Source: Candidatus Coatesbacteria bacterium (lineage in GTDB: Bacteria > JAFGND01). Taken from it: a DNA stretch of 64,000 bases. This document shows, piece by piece, positions 24,326 through 33,918 of the stretch. Position numbers and translations under genes: made by a program. The stretch is from assembly GCA_016927185.1 (NCBI GenBank), contig JAFGND010000060.1, positions 36,035 through 100,034 of the forward strand, written 5' to 3'. The notes under the pieces were generated by a model. The model made no database searches and was not told the DNA's origin. It saw only the letters and a program-made list of their open reading frames with translations. Positions within the stretch are counted from its first letter, which is position 1; every line of letters begins with the position of its first letter.

Positions 24326-25132
24326 TCACTCCTTAACTATATTTCTTACGCATCTGAATCCTACGATTTCACTTGTAAGAAGAGGGTCATAATGGTGCCT
24401 GTCAGCACATCTCAAGCAGAATCCAAGATTCAAGTAGCTTCCACCCTTGACTACTTTTTCAATCCCGTATGAAGGTCCTTGTGGATTAACATTTTCATTG
24501 CCTGCTTTGTACCAATCATCATGATACCAGTCTGAAGTCCACTCGAAAACATTGCCTGTCATTCCAGCAGCTCCATAAGTGGATATATTACAAGGGAATG
24601 CATCAATGGGGCAGGTGAATTCATATCCACAGATTTTCCTGTTATTGCCAGGAGAGTAGTTAGCCATTATTATGCCATTATCATCAGGTTGCTTGTTCCC
24701 CCATGCATAGATCTTTCCATTTTCACCTCTTGCTGCTTTTTCCCATTGTGCTTCAGTTGGAAGATCCTTGCCTGCCCATTTGGCATATTCCAGTGCATCC
24801 CTGTAAGATACTGAAACAACAGGATGGTCGCTTATTCCAAGGACTGGATGATCAATAGTTGCAGGTCTTCTTGGATATCCGGTTTTATCCAGAAAAATTC
24901 TGTATTCTGCATTTGTAACAGGATAAATATCTATGTAAAAAGCATCAAGATATATAAGTCTCTGGGGTATCTCATTTTGAGATTTTTCCTTTAATGGTTT
25001 TTCAGGTCTCATATCATTATATTTTTTGCACTCTATTCTCATATTTTCAATCGCGATAATAATATCCGATTCTTTTGAACCCATCAGGAAATTTCCTGCT
25101 GGAACTAATATCATTCCTTCTACTCTTATCAT
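24326..25132 (-). CDS. Formylglycine-generating-enzyme (FGE/SUMF1) family protein
   Basis: MILVPAGNFLMGS, WEKAARG, VFEWTSDWY and KGGSYLN...RCADRH are present. Confidence 0.8.
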   Translation of the reverse strand: MIRVEGMILVPAGNFLMGSKESDIIIAIENMRIECKKYNDMRPEKPLKEKSQNEIPQRLIYLDAFYIDIYPVTNAEYRIFLDKTGYPRRPATIDHPVLGISDHPVVSVSYRDALEYAKWAGKDLPTEAQWEKAARGENGKIYAWGNKQPDDNGIIMANYSPGNNRKICGYEFTCPIDAFPCNISTYGAAGMTGNVFEWTSDWYHDDWYKAGNENVNPQGPSYGIEKVVKGGSYLNLGFCLRCADRHHYDPLLTSEIVGFRCVRNIVKE

Positions 25133-25133
25133 T

Positions 25134-26030
25134 TCAATATACAGCTACACTCATGAAATATGGTATCCCGTTAGCATCAAAAGATATATAAGGTCTATAT
25201 CTTATTCTTTTTTTCCCCTGTGCAATTTGATGAGGTGTGATATTTGGTAGTTCGCTTGTGTCTATAAAAGTTGAATCATCTGTATTGACTTCTCCATCCT
25301 CATCCAGACCAAATGACTTAAGTTTATCAATATCATCCTGTGATCTGAACTTGTTCTTCTTTACTTCATCTTCCTTTATACCAAGTCCCTCAGCAATGAA
25401 TTTCTCAGGCATAGGAAAAAGCGGGTTGTCCTGACCTTTCAGTAAACCTATTTCCTGATAATTCCTGAGAACAACTTTTACATAATTCTGGGTTTCCTTG
25501 AAGGGAGGAATTCCGTTATATTGTTTCACTCTTTCGGGTCCAGCATTATATGCAGCTAGTGCAAGCAGATAATTATTATTGAATCTGCTCAGCATTTTCT
25601 GTAAGAAACCTGCTCCAGCTCTTAGATTCTCTTCAGGGTCAAAGGGATCATTTACCTTGTAATCTATTATATTACCTTTAGTTATCTGCATGAGTCCCAT
25701 TGCTTTTTTGGGTGATAAAGCCCTTGGATTGAAATTACTTTCCACTTTCATTATGGCTTTTATTAAAACTGGATCCAGCCTATATTTGTTTGCATATTTA
25801 AGTATCAATTCGTCAAAGTTGTGATTTTGCTTGATAGGTTTTGTTTTAGGAACTGATGTAGTTTTAGGAGAGGTTGTTTTTCTTTCTTTTATACCTGAAT
25901 CACTAATTTCATTAGGTGAGAGTCTTGGAACATTTGTAAGAACTACATTTCCATCCTTATCAGTCTTAAGATATACTTCTCCAATTATGAAAGGAAAAAT
26001 CCATAAAGTAAATAAAATTGAACGTAGCAT
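25134..26030 (-). CDS. Soluble lytic transglycosylase (SLT domain) protein
   Basis: The catalytic block IMKVESNFNPRALSPKKAMGLMQI and AAYNAGPERV are present. The N-terminus is signal-like. Confidence 0.85.
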   Translation of the reverse strand: MLRSILFTLWIFPFIIGEVYLKTDKDGNVVLTNVPRLSPNEISDSGIKERKTTSPKTTSVPKTKPIKQNHNFDELILKYANKYRLDPVLIKAIMKVESNFNPRALSPKKAMGLMQITKGNIIDYKVNDPFDPEENLRAGAGFLQKMLSRFNNNYLLALAAYNAGPERVKQYNGIPPFKETQNYVKVVLRNYQEIGLLKGQDNPLFPMPEKFIAEGLGIKEDEVKKNKFRSQDDIDKLKSFGLDEDGEVNTDDSTFIDTSELPNITPHQIAQGKKRIRYRPYISFDANGIPYFMSVAVY

Positions 26031-26182
26031 ATCTACTCCTGTAAAATGAACTAAAACACTGTTTAGATTCTAGAGTTTTTAGGCAAGCAAAAAAGAAAAA
26101 TATTTCAAAAATATGTCATTAAATACATAAAAATCATAATGAGTTAGTATTTAATTCAATGTAATGCATATGATTATAGAAA

Positions 26183-26198
26183 TGGCATAAATGTTGCT
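26183..26198 (+). promoter_or_regulatory. Candidate sigma-54 (-24/-12) promoter
   Basis: TGGCAT-aaatg-TTGCT matches TGGCAC-N5-TTGCW with exact GG/GC spacing. It lies 25 nt upstream of the ATG at 26223, and an AAAGGAGGA RBS lies between them. rpoN is encoded 1.2 kb downstream. Confidence 0.4.
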
Positions 26199-26222
26199 AT
26201 ATTTATTAATAAAGGAGGAAAT

Positions 26223-26594
26223 ATGGCAAGACCAAAAGATAAAATGGGACTAGACAGGATAATGAGGCTAATAAGCAGCTTACCTCAGCCTAGCAAACTC
26301 AACATATCTACTAAAACATGGAAACAGCTCTTGATACAATCTGTCCAGAAAGGTGAAACACACTGGATAAATGAATTCCTTGGCAGGAAAGATATTCCTG
26401 AAAATGACAAATTGATAGGTGAAGCTGTTATCGAATTGATTGCACAAGCAAAACATCTAAAAGCAGAGAATGAGAAATTGAAAAAGACCTTGAATTGGAT
26501 TGTAAACAAGAGTAAAGACGCTGCCCCGTGGGAGGAATTGACAACATGTGAAATTAATGCAGTTGCTGAAGAAGCTTTATATGCTACACAATAG
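26223..26594 (+). CDS. Hypothetical 123-aa protein
   Basis: There is a strong RBS (AAAGGAGGA) 4 nt upstream. I recognise no family. Confidence 0.5.
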   Translation: MARPKDKMGLDRIMRLISSLPQPSKLNISTKTWKQLLIQSVQKGETHWINEFLGRKDIPENDKLIGEAVIELIAQAKHLKAENEKLKKTLNWIVNKSKDAAPWEELTTCEINAVAEEALYATQ

Positions 26595-26629
26595 TATAAA
26601 TAACTTGACTAATTTACCGTATTTTATAT

Positions 26630-27379
26630 TTGATGTGTATGCAGACAAAGCTGGTAATACACATCTCAAGAACCTATGGTATTTCAAGGAGAAAAGCTGC
26701 TGAGCTAATAAAAAATGAATATATCAGAGTAAATAATGAAATCATAAAAGATCTTACTTTTCAGGTAGAGATTTCCAGAGATAGAATTGAATGTTCCAGC
26801 ATAGAATTGAAATCAAACCAGAAGGAAAAAACAATACTAATATTCAATAAACCAAAAGGTTTTGTTGTTTCCAAGAATCCTTCTGACAAAGAGAGATTTC
26901 CATCAGTCTATAAACTGATTCCTGAGGAATTCAGAACCACCTTTAATCCTGTTGGAAGACTTGATGCAGATTCTGAAGGTTTACTTCTCTTTACAAATGA
27001 TGGGGAAATGAACTTCAAATTGACACACCCAAGTTATGAAATACCAAGAACTTATTTGATATGGCTTAATAGGAAAATCCCAATGCATATTATTCACAGA
27101 ATAAGGAGTGAGGGAGTTGTTCTTGAAGATGGCATATGCAAGCCTTCATTGATAGAAACAGGGAGAACCTCAAGAGATGCAATAAAGATAATCTTGACAG
27201 GAGGCAGGAAAAGGGAAATAAGAAGACTTTTCTGGACGTTTTATCTGACAGTTGAAAGATTGTTAAGGATATCTTATGGTCCTTTCAGATTAGGCAATAT
27301 GAAAAAGGGTGAGATAAGATTTCCTGAAACTATTGAAATGAATGGACTAAGAAAAATTTTTCAATTAAAGCTTGACTGA
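26630..27379 (+). CDS. RsuA/RluB-family rRNA pseudouridine synthase
   Basis: There is an S4-like N-terminus and the catalytic Asp block NPVGRLDADSEGLLLFTNDGE. GGRKREIRRLF is also present. Confidence 0.85.
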   Translation: MMCMQTKLVIHISRTYGISRRKAAELIKNEYIRVNNEIIKDLTFQVEISRDRIECSSIELKSNQKEKTILIFNKPKGFVVSKNPSDKERFPSVYKLIPEEFRTTFNPVGRLDADSEGLLLFTNDGEMNFKLTHPSYEIPRTYLIWLNRKIPMHIIHRIRSEGVVLEDGICKPSLIETGRTSRDAIKIILTGGRKREIRRLFWTFYLTVERLLRISYGPFRLGNMKKGEIRFPETIEMNGLRKIFQLKLD

Positions 27380-27430
27380 TTCTATTTCATATATATCCAT
27401 ATTATCAAGGAAACAATCAAGAGAGGAAAA

Positions 27431-28825
27431 ATGACTGACCTAAGACCAATACTGGGGCTGAAACAGCAGCAAAAATTAATTCTAACTCAAAAGCTTCAAC
27501 AAGCATTAAAGTTGCTTATCTTGCCAACAGCAGAACTGGTAGAAGTTATAAATAGAGAAGTATTGGAAAATCCCATGCTTGAAATAGACGAAGATGCAAC
27601 AAGAGAAAAGCAATTGCCTCTTCCAAAGGTAAAGAAGGAAGAGAGAAGATCTGAAATAGAGTTTCAGGATGTAATAACAGACAACAATGTTCCTTATTTT
27701 AGTTATGCAGTTTATAATGAAATATTCACCAAGCAGGATTTCATAGAAACTCTAGCAACAGAAACCCCAACTTTGCAGGAACACTTGCTAAACCAGCTTT
27801 CACTTCAAATGATATCAAGAGACGATAGTCTTATAGGGGAATACATTATAGGCAATCTTGACGAAAGAGGGTTTTTAACAATTTCGGAAGAGGAAATAGC
27901 TTCAAGTCTTGACAGGAGTATTGAAGATGTCAGGAAAATTCTATCCATTATACAAACATTTGATCCATACGGGGTAGGAGCAAGAGATGTTAAAGAATCA
28001 TTACTTATTCAGATAAGGCAATTCAATGGCTTGCATCATGTTGCAGATAATATAGTAAGGGAATGCTGGGATGACTTTCTGAAGAGAAACAAGAACAAGA
28101 TAATGCATGCCCTTAGTATAAATGAAGATGAATATCATGAAGCAATTGAGTTCATAGAGTCGCTTGATCTTTCCCCGGGAATGATATTTGCTGATACAAG
28201 AGCAAACTATATAATACCTGATCTGTTTGTAGAAAAAGTGAATGATGAATTCTATATTTATCTTTATGATCAGCAGGTTCCTGTGCTAAGACTGAATGAT
28301 GATTACCTGAAATTAGTAACCAAGAAGAAAAGCAAGGATAAGGATCAGGCTTACTTGAAGAAATCTATCAGTTCAGCAATCTGGATTATAAAGGCTATTG
28401 AACAAAGAAGAGAGACATTGATAAAGGTCATGGCAGCGATCATTAAGTTGCAGAAACCTTTCTTTGACGGGATAACAAGTGATCTTAATCCATTAACCCT
28501 GCAGGATATAGCAGATGAGGTAGATCTTCATTTTACTTCTATAAGCAGGGCAATAGCAAACAAATATGTAGAATTTAGTAATATGACATATCCCATGAAA
28601 TTCTTCCTTAGCGGCAAATTGAAAAGGAATGGAAGTGATATTGCAACAAAAAATGTAAAAAGCAGAATCAAGGAATTGATTGAAAATGAAAATCCTAAAA
28701 AACCATATAGTGATCAGGATATAGTTGCAATACTTTCAAAAGAAGGGATTGAAATAGCAAGAAGAACGGTTACCAAATATAGAGAAAATCTTGGTATACC
28801 CAAAAAGATACACAGGATACATTGA
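27431..28825 (+). CDS. rpoN: RNA polymerase sigma-54 factor
   Basis: The Gln/Leu-rich region I is present (LGLKQQQKLILTQKLQQALKLL). The RpoN box ARRTVTKYRENLGIP is at the C-terminus. Confidence 0.95.
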   Translation: MTDLRPILGLKQQQKLILTQKLQQALKLLILPTAELVEVINREVLENPMLEIDEDATREKQLPLPKVKKEERRSEIEFQDVITDNNVPYFSYAVYNEIFTKQDFIETLATETPTLQEHLLNQLSLQMISRDDSLIGEYIIGNLDERGFLTISEEEIASSLDRSIEDVRKILSIIQTFDPYGVGARDVKESLLIQIRQFNGLHHVADNIVRECWDDFLKRNKNKIMHALSINEDEYHEAIEFIESLDLSPGMIFADTRANYIIPDLFVEKVNDEFYIYLYDQQVPVLRLNDDYLKLVTKKKSKDKDQAYLKKSISSAIWIIKAIEQRRETLIKVMAAIIKLQKPFFDGITSDLNPLTLQDIADEVDLHFTSISRAIANKYVEFSNMTYPMKFFLSGKLKRNGSDIATKNVKSRIKELIENENPKKPYSDQDIVAILSKEGIEIARRTVTKYRENLGIPKKIHRIH

Positions 28826-28828
28826 AAT

Positions 28829-30013
28829 TTGCATATATTGTTCATTTTGTCACGATACTATCCTGCAATAGGTGGAGGGGAGCTTGCAACAAGAGCTCTT
28901 GTAAATGAACTAGCTAAAACCAATAAAATCACAGTAATTACTCAAAGGACAGATAATGATACAAATTGGCTTTATGGCACTACAATAAATGCCCCATCAG
29001 AAGAACTGAGAATTCGAGATATAAATTCTGACATAATTATGATTTCACCTTCCAGAATATCAAGAATTGCAATGTATCCCTGGGTAAAACTATATGACAG
29101 AGTGAGATTCTTGTCTGTTCCAGCTTTGGCAAAAATTATTCTTCCATATCTGAGGATAAGTGAAAAGCCAGAAATAATACATAATGTATATATTGGGAGG
29201 GAATATTTATCTCTTGCATCTCATTCTCTATCAAAAGAGTACGGAGTTCCATTTGTTTTCACTCCCATAGCGCACACTCATAAAGTTTACTGGAATTCAT
29301 ATTATATGAATTATCTTTATGAGAATGCAAATGGACTTGTTGCAATGACTGAATATGAAAAAGAATGGTTGCTGAAAAAAGGAGCAAAAGGAGAAATAAT
29401 TGTAAATGGTGTAGCACCAGTTGGAATTGGGGAAGAAGTAAAAACCTTTGATTTCAAATCGAAGTTTACTAACGGGAAGGATTATATATTATTCATCGGT
29501 CAGAAGAATCCATATAAAGGTTATAAACTGCTTGTAAATGTTTTCAAGGTATTGAAAGATGAATTTCCTGAATTATGTCTCGTTTTGATGGGAGCAGGTT
29601 TTGGAGAGAAGTTTTTTGGGGAAAACACTGATGAAAGAATAATATATAGAGGTAATGTAACAGATGAAGAAAAAAAGTCTGCTTTTGCATCATGTATTGC
29701 ATTCTGCTTGCCTTCCACAGAAGAGAGTTTTGGTGGGGTTTTTCTTGAAGCATGGAGTTTCAAGAAACCTGTAATTGGATGCCCTCTCAAGGAGATATCA
29801 AGCTGGATAGAAAACGAGAAAGAGGCTTTGCTTGTATCTCCTGAAACAGATAAATGGACAGCAGCGTTGAAGCGACTACTCAAGGATGAAGATTTGCAGA
29901 AAAGGCTTGGAGAAGCAGGATATGTGAAACTGAAATCAAAATACAGCTGGGAGATCATTTCAGAGCGAACATTGAAATTTTATGAAAGGCTTAAGGTAAA
30001 GAAAAATGCTTGA
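28829..30013 (+). CDS. Family 1 (GT4-like) glycosyltransferase
   Basis: YYPAIGGGE is at the N-terminus and the E-x7-E block is present (STEESFGGVFLEAWSFKKPVIG). The ORF begins with TTG at 28829. Confidence 0.8.
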   Translation: MHILFILSRYYPAIGGGELATRALVNELAKTNKITVITQRTDNDTNWLYGTTINAPSEELRIRDINSDIIMISPSRISRIAMYPWVKLYDRVRFLSVPALAKIILPYLRISEKPEIIHNVYIGREYLSLASHSLSKEYGVPFVFTPIAHTHKVYWNSYYMNYLYENANGLVAMTEYEKEWLLKKGAKGEIIVNGVAPVGIGEEVKTFDFKSKFTNGKDYILFIGQKNPYKGYKLLVNVFKVLKDEFPELCLVLMGAGFGEKFFGENTDERIIYRGNVTDEEKKSAFASCIAFCLPSTEESFGGVFLEAWSFKKPVIGCPLKEISSWIENEKEALLVSPETDKWTAALKRLLKDEDLQKRLGEAGYVKLKSKYSWEIISERTLKFYERLKVKKNA

Positions 30014-30401
30014 AATTCAGGTAAAAACAAACTCAAGATCCGAATTCATTGATATTACATCCAATATCCAGAAAATACTTGATGACAATCACTTAGAAAA
30101 TGGATTAATATTTCTTCATGTACCTCATACCACTGCAGGGATTACTGTTAATGAACATGCTGATCCGTCAGTAGTTGTGGATATAAAGAATGCTCTTGAA
30201 AAGCAAATTCCATGGAGCTCTAATTATCTTCATAACGAAGGGAATTCTGCTGCTCATATAAAATGCAGTATGATAAACTGCTCAGTTGCTGTCGCTTTTG
30301 AAAAAGGCAAGTTAATGCTGGGCATATGGCAAGGCATCTTTTTTGCTGAATTTGATGGACCAAGAGTAAGAAAAGTCTGGGTAAAGATTTTAAAAGATTG
30401 A
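30006..30401 (+). CDS. yjbQ: YjbQ-family protein (secondary thiamine-phosphate synthase family)
   Basis: LHVPHTTAGITVNEHADPSVVVD and NSAAHIK are present. The 131-aa length fits. Confidence 0.85.
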   Translation: MLEIQVKTNSRSEFIDITSNIQKILDDNHLENGLIFLHVPHTTAGITVNEHADPSVVVDIKNALEKQIPWSSNYLHNEGNSAAHIKCSMINCSVAVAFEKGKLMLGIWQGIFFAEFDGPRVRKVWVKILKD

Positions 30402-30402
30402 C

Positions 30403-31374
30403 ATGAAAAAGGTTTTAATACGTTTGCCTAACTGGTTGGGAGATACTGTAATGTCTCTCCCATTAATCCAGGGTTTGACAGAAAATAAGGATTTATTAAT
30501 TGGACTTTCAGGGCCGGAAGAATGTCTTGAAATCCTCAGGAATGAAAAGAGGATTGATATTTTCATACCACTTATTCCTCATCGTTCCTTCTGGAAGCAG
30601 ACTCTATGGAGAGATGAAGTACTTGGATGGAAGGCAGATTCAATAATAATACTTCCAACAAGTTTATCTTCAGCACTTCTTTCATGGTGGGCTAAAATTC
30701 CTGAAAGAATAGGATATGCCAGTGAGGGTAGGGGATATCTTCTTACTTCATCACTGCCTTATGATGAAAAAAGTTACAGAAGACTTCATCTTACGAGAAG
30801 TTACAAGGAACTTGGTAAGCTAATGTTATACAAGCATATAGACTTTCCTGAAAATCCTGTTTTTTCTGAAAGTTCTCCTGCCAATTTCAACAAGGATTCT
30901 CCAATTCTCATTTTTCCCGGAGCTACTTATGGTTCTGCAAAAAGATGGGATATAACTAATTACGTTGAAATTACTAAATTAATAAGACAGGTAAGTAACA
31001 GGAAAATTCTCATACTGGGAAAAGACAATGAAGTTGTGATTGAAAACTTTGAATGGGCTTCAGGGACTTTTCTAATGCTCGGAAAAACAACAATCAGACA
31101 GCTTATTGATTATATAAAGGAGTCTTTTCTGGTAATAGGCAGTGATAGTGGTCCTGTCCATTTATCTGCAGCTTATCTTAAAAATACTGTTGCCTTGTTT
31201 GGTTCAAGCAGTACAGCATGGACTGCGCCTCTGGGATCCAGGGTAAGGATTGTAAAATCTGATGTACATTGTTCTCCCTGTTTCAAACCAGCTTGCCACA
31301 AGAGAGTGTGCTGGGAAAGTCTTACCATTAGCAGAGTCTGGGAGAAAGTGAAAGAAATTATTGAGGATAGCTAG
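30403..31374 (+). CDS. GT9 ADP-heptose:LPS heptosyltransferase
   Basis: LPNWLGDTVMSLPLI, FPGATYGSAKRW and GSDSGPVHLSAA are present. Confidence 0.8.
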   Translation: MKKVLIRLPNWLGDTVMSLPLIQGLTENKDLLIGLSGPEECLEILRNEKRIDIFIPLIPHRSFWKQTLWRDEVLGWKADSIIILPTSLSSALLSWWAKIPERIGYASEGRGYLLTSSLPYDEKSYRRLHLTRSYKELGKLMLYKHIDFPENPVFSESSPANFNKDSPILIFPGATYGSAKRWDITNYVEITKLIRQVSNRKILILGKDNEVVIENFEWASGTFLMLGKTTIRQLIDYIKESFLVIGSDSGPVHLSAAYLKNTVALFGSSSTAWTAPLGSRVRIVKSDVHCSPCFKPACHKRVCWESLTISRVWEKVKEIIEDS

Positions 31375-31462
31375 ATATGTAGTTTATATATAGGTATATA
31401 CTAATATATTAAGAGGATGTTTAGCTATTATTAGCAAAATAACAAGCAGGAGTTTAGATGAA

Positions 31463-33010
31463 TTGAATACGAATTTGGAGGTAATCATGATAAAGCGAAT
31501 TGCATTATTGCTTGTTTTACTTATTGTTTCTTCTTGTCAGAAAAAAAAGGAACCTGCAAAGGAAATTATCAGCTTGATTCCATGGGAATCATATTATATA
31601 ATGAAACTCCAGGGAAAGATTCTTGGATATAACTTTACCAAGTTTGAAAAAACAGACCAATCTGGGAAAACAATATATAAAACTACAACCCAAACAGAGA
31701 TGGGAATTATAAGACTTGGTATAAAACTTTCTATCAAGTATTTTCATGTAATAGAGGAAGATGAGAATTTGAATCCATTGAGTTTCAAGTTGAAATACAG
31801 TATGGCAACTAATGAAATAGAAATGGAAGGCAAGGTTAAAACTGACACACTTTATCTTACACAATTATCGGAGGGGCAAAAAACAGAGAAAAGCATATTT
31901 ATTGGGAAAGTAAAGAATGAAAAGGACAAGCAGGTTTATTTTCAAATCCCGCTTCAATATCTTTTTCTCAAGAATCCTCCCAAAACAGGTGATGAGTATG
32001 AGCTGAAGATTTTCATGCCAATTCTCAATCAAGTACAGAATGACAAAATAAAGATAGAAGGAATTGATACAATTACTGTGGAAGATAAGAAAACAGAGGC
32101 GTTTCGTCTATATGGAAGCATACCTATGATGAGTGAAGGAGAAACAAAAATCTGGGTAGATAAGAAAGGCATGATACTTGCCAGCAAAACTGAAGTTGCT
32201 GGAATGACTATAGATATGGAGAAAGTCAGTAAGGAATTTGCTCTTTCACAGGAAACCGGTGGAGAGCTTGATTTGAATATATATGTTCAGCCAACAGGAA
32301 AGACAATCGCTAATCCAAGAAAAGTTGCTGATCTGACTGTCAGGCTTTCAATTCCTTCAGGTAAGATAAAGCAATATATATCAACAGACGAGCTTAATAA
32401 AATAACAAAGGAAGATGGTGAAAATTCTGTTATAATGAATATTAAGAGTGACATGAAGAAGATCCCAGACAAGGAGACTGAGATAAATGAGGTTGATCTT
32501 AAACCTTCATTAGAACCGACAGTATATGTCCAGTCAAACGATTCGGAAATAAAGAAACTTGCACAGGAAATTGCAGGAAATGAAACCAACAAATGGAAGA
32601 TTGCACTCAAACTTGCAGAATGGGTAAACAAAAACCTTGGTAAGAATTATCTAACTGGTTTTGCAACCGCAAAGGAAGTATTCAAGACTAAACAGGGAGA
32701 TTGCACTGAGCATACTGTATTGCATATAGCCTTATGCAGATCCCTTAATATTCCGGCAAGAGCAGCAAGCGGATTAATGTATGAAAGGGGAAGATTTGCA
32801 TATCATATGTGGAGTGAGGTATATTATGACGGATGGAAACCAATTGACAGTACATGGCCATTACAGAACAAGCAAAATAGAGTATTTGTTGATGCAACAC
32901 ATTTAAAACTTGCTGCTAGCAATCTCGATGATAATCTGCCACTTGATCTGGGACAGAAACTCATTGCATTAATAGGAAAACTGCAAATTGAGATAATAGA
33001 TTACAAGTAA
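31463..33010 (+). CDS. Transglutaminase-like cysteine protease-fold lipoprotein
   Basis: The core is KQGDCTEHTVLHIALCRSLNIPARAASGL...HMWSEVY...D (Cys-His-Asp). The probable start is MIKRIALLLVLLIVSSC at 31487. Confidence 0.8.
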   Translation: MNTNLEVIMIKRIALLLVLLIVSSCQKKKEPAKEIISLIPWESYYIMKLQGKILGYNFTKFEKTDQSGKTIYKTTTQTEMGIIRLGIKLSIKYFHVIEEDENLNPLSFKLKYSMATNEIEMEGKVKTDTLYLTQLSEGQKTEKSIFIGKVKNEKDKQVYFQIPLQYLFLKNPPKTGDEYELKIFMPILNQVQNDKIKIEGIDTITVEDKKTEAFRLYGSIPMMSEGETKIWVDKKGMILASKTEVAGMTIDMEKVSKEFALSQETGGELDLNIYVQPTGKTIANPRKVADLTVRLSIPSGKIKQYISTDELNKITKEDGENSVIMNIKSDMKKIPDKETEINEVDLKPSLEPTVYVQSNDSEIKKLAQEIAGNETNKWKIALKLAEWVNKNLGKNYLTGFATAKEVFKTKQGDCTEHTVLHIALCRSLNIPARAASGLMYERGRFAYHMWSEVYYDGWKPIDSTWPLQNKQNRVFVDATHLKLAASNLDDNLPLDLGQKLIALIGKLQIEIIDYK

Positions 33011-33019
33011 CAAGGAGGA

Positions 33020-33244
33020 ATGATGCAAAAGGTAGTATATGAGTATTTTGATGATTCTCTTAAACAGAATGAGAATAGCGAAGTTAACAAGCTTCTGAAG
33101 GAAGGCTGGGAGATATTTGATTTTGCTATAAATGAAAAAGGAATGGTCCTGTATGTTCTGGAATTTATTGAGGAATATGACGAATCTGATGAGGAGTATG
33201 AGGAAGAGGATTACACTGAAAATGATGGGTATTCTAATAACTGA
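33020..33244 (+). CDS. Small protein with a strongly acidic tail
   Basis: The 74-aa ORF ends in EEYDESDEEYEEEDYTENDG. Its stop overlaps the next start. Confidence 0.4.
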   Translation: MMQKVVYEYFDDSLKQNENSEVNKLLKEGWEIFDFAINEKGMVLYVLEFIEEYDESDEEYEEEDYTENDGYSNN

Positions 33245-33702
33245 TGGATCTCGAATTAGTTGAAATAAAAGTATGGTGCATGGGTTGCAGACAGCAGCTT
33301 GAAATCGAACAGGCTGCTCTTGTAGGATGGAAATACTGCGGTAATTGCCACCATTTCATATGTCCTGAATGCCTCTCCATAATCGGTTCCAGAAAAGCAT
33401 GCCTCAGTGATAGGTGCAGGGAAGAAGGTTTGATGATGGATATTCAGGACATACCGCTTGCAAAGATAACCTTGTTTGCAAGAAGCCAGCTTACTGAGTT
33501 ACCAGAAGATAGTCTTTTATATAAACTATTCTATAAGAAGGAAGAGCTCCTTGCAAAAGACAAAACCAAGCCAATAGAGAATGAGGTAGCAGATATATTC
33601 ATTCAAACAGCGGAGGAAGTCTGGAAAAACAAGAGAATAGTTCTTGCCAAGAGAAGACGGGGCAGGTTTATTTCCTGGCAGAATCTTGGAAAGGAATCTT
33701 AA
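33244..33702 (+). CDS. Cys-rich (putative zinc-binding) 152-aa protein
   Basis: CMGC...CGNCHHFICPEC...C...C is present. I recognise no family. Confidence 0.4.
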   Translation: MDLELVEIKVWCMGCRQQLEIEQAALVGWKYCGNCHHFICPECLSIIGSRKACLSDRCREEGLMMDIQDIPLAKITLFARSQLTELPEDSLLYKLFYKKEELLAKDKTKPIENEVADIFIQTAEEVWKNKRIVLAKRRRGRFISWQNLGKES

Positions 33703-33845
33703 GGGATTTTTTAAAACCAATGCAATAATTTTGAGTTGCAAAGGATTATATTACTTGATGCTGCTTCAACAAGACATTCTCAAGGTTTTTCAAATCTATC
33801 TTGACACAAAAAATATATTTAATAGTCAGGGCATGTAACTTAAAT

Positions 33846-33918
33846 GCCCCTGTAGCTCAGCCGGTAGAGCGGATGGCTGTTAACCATCATGCCGTTGGTT
33901 CGAATCCAGCCGGGGGCG
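33846..33918 (+). tRNA. tRNA-Asn (anticodon GTT); CCA not encoded
   Basis: I folded the cloverleaf by hand. The acceptor stem is gcccctg/cgggggc and the D arm is gctc-agccggta-gagc. The anticodon stem is gatgg/ccatc with loop ctGTTaa. The T arm is gttgg-ttcgaat-ccagc and the discriminator is g. Confidence 0.9.

Noticed and set aside
33801-33830. TTGACA hexamer upstream of the tRNA as a sigma-70 promoter
   Set aside because: There is no acceptable TATAAT-like -10 element at a 16-18 nt spacing. I found the same problem for TTGACA/TTGACT hexamers at 17079, on the minus strand near 47100, and at 53475.
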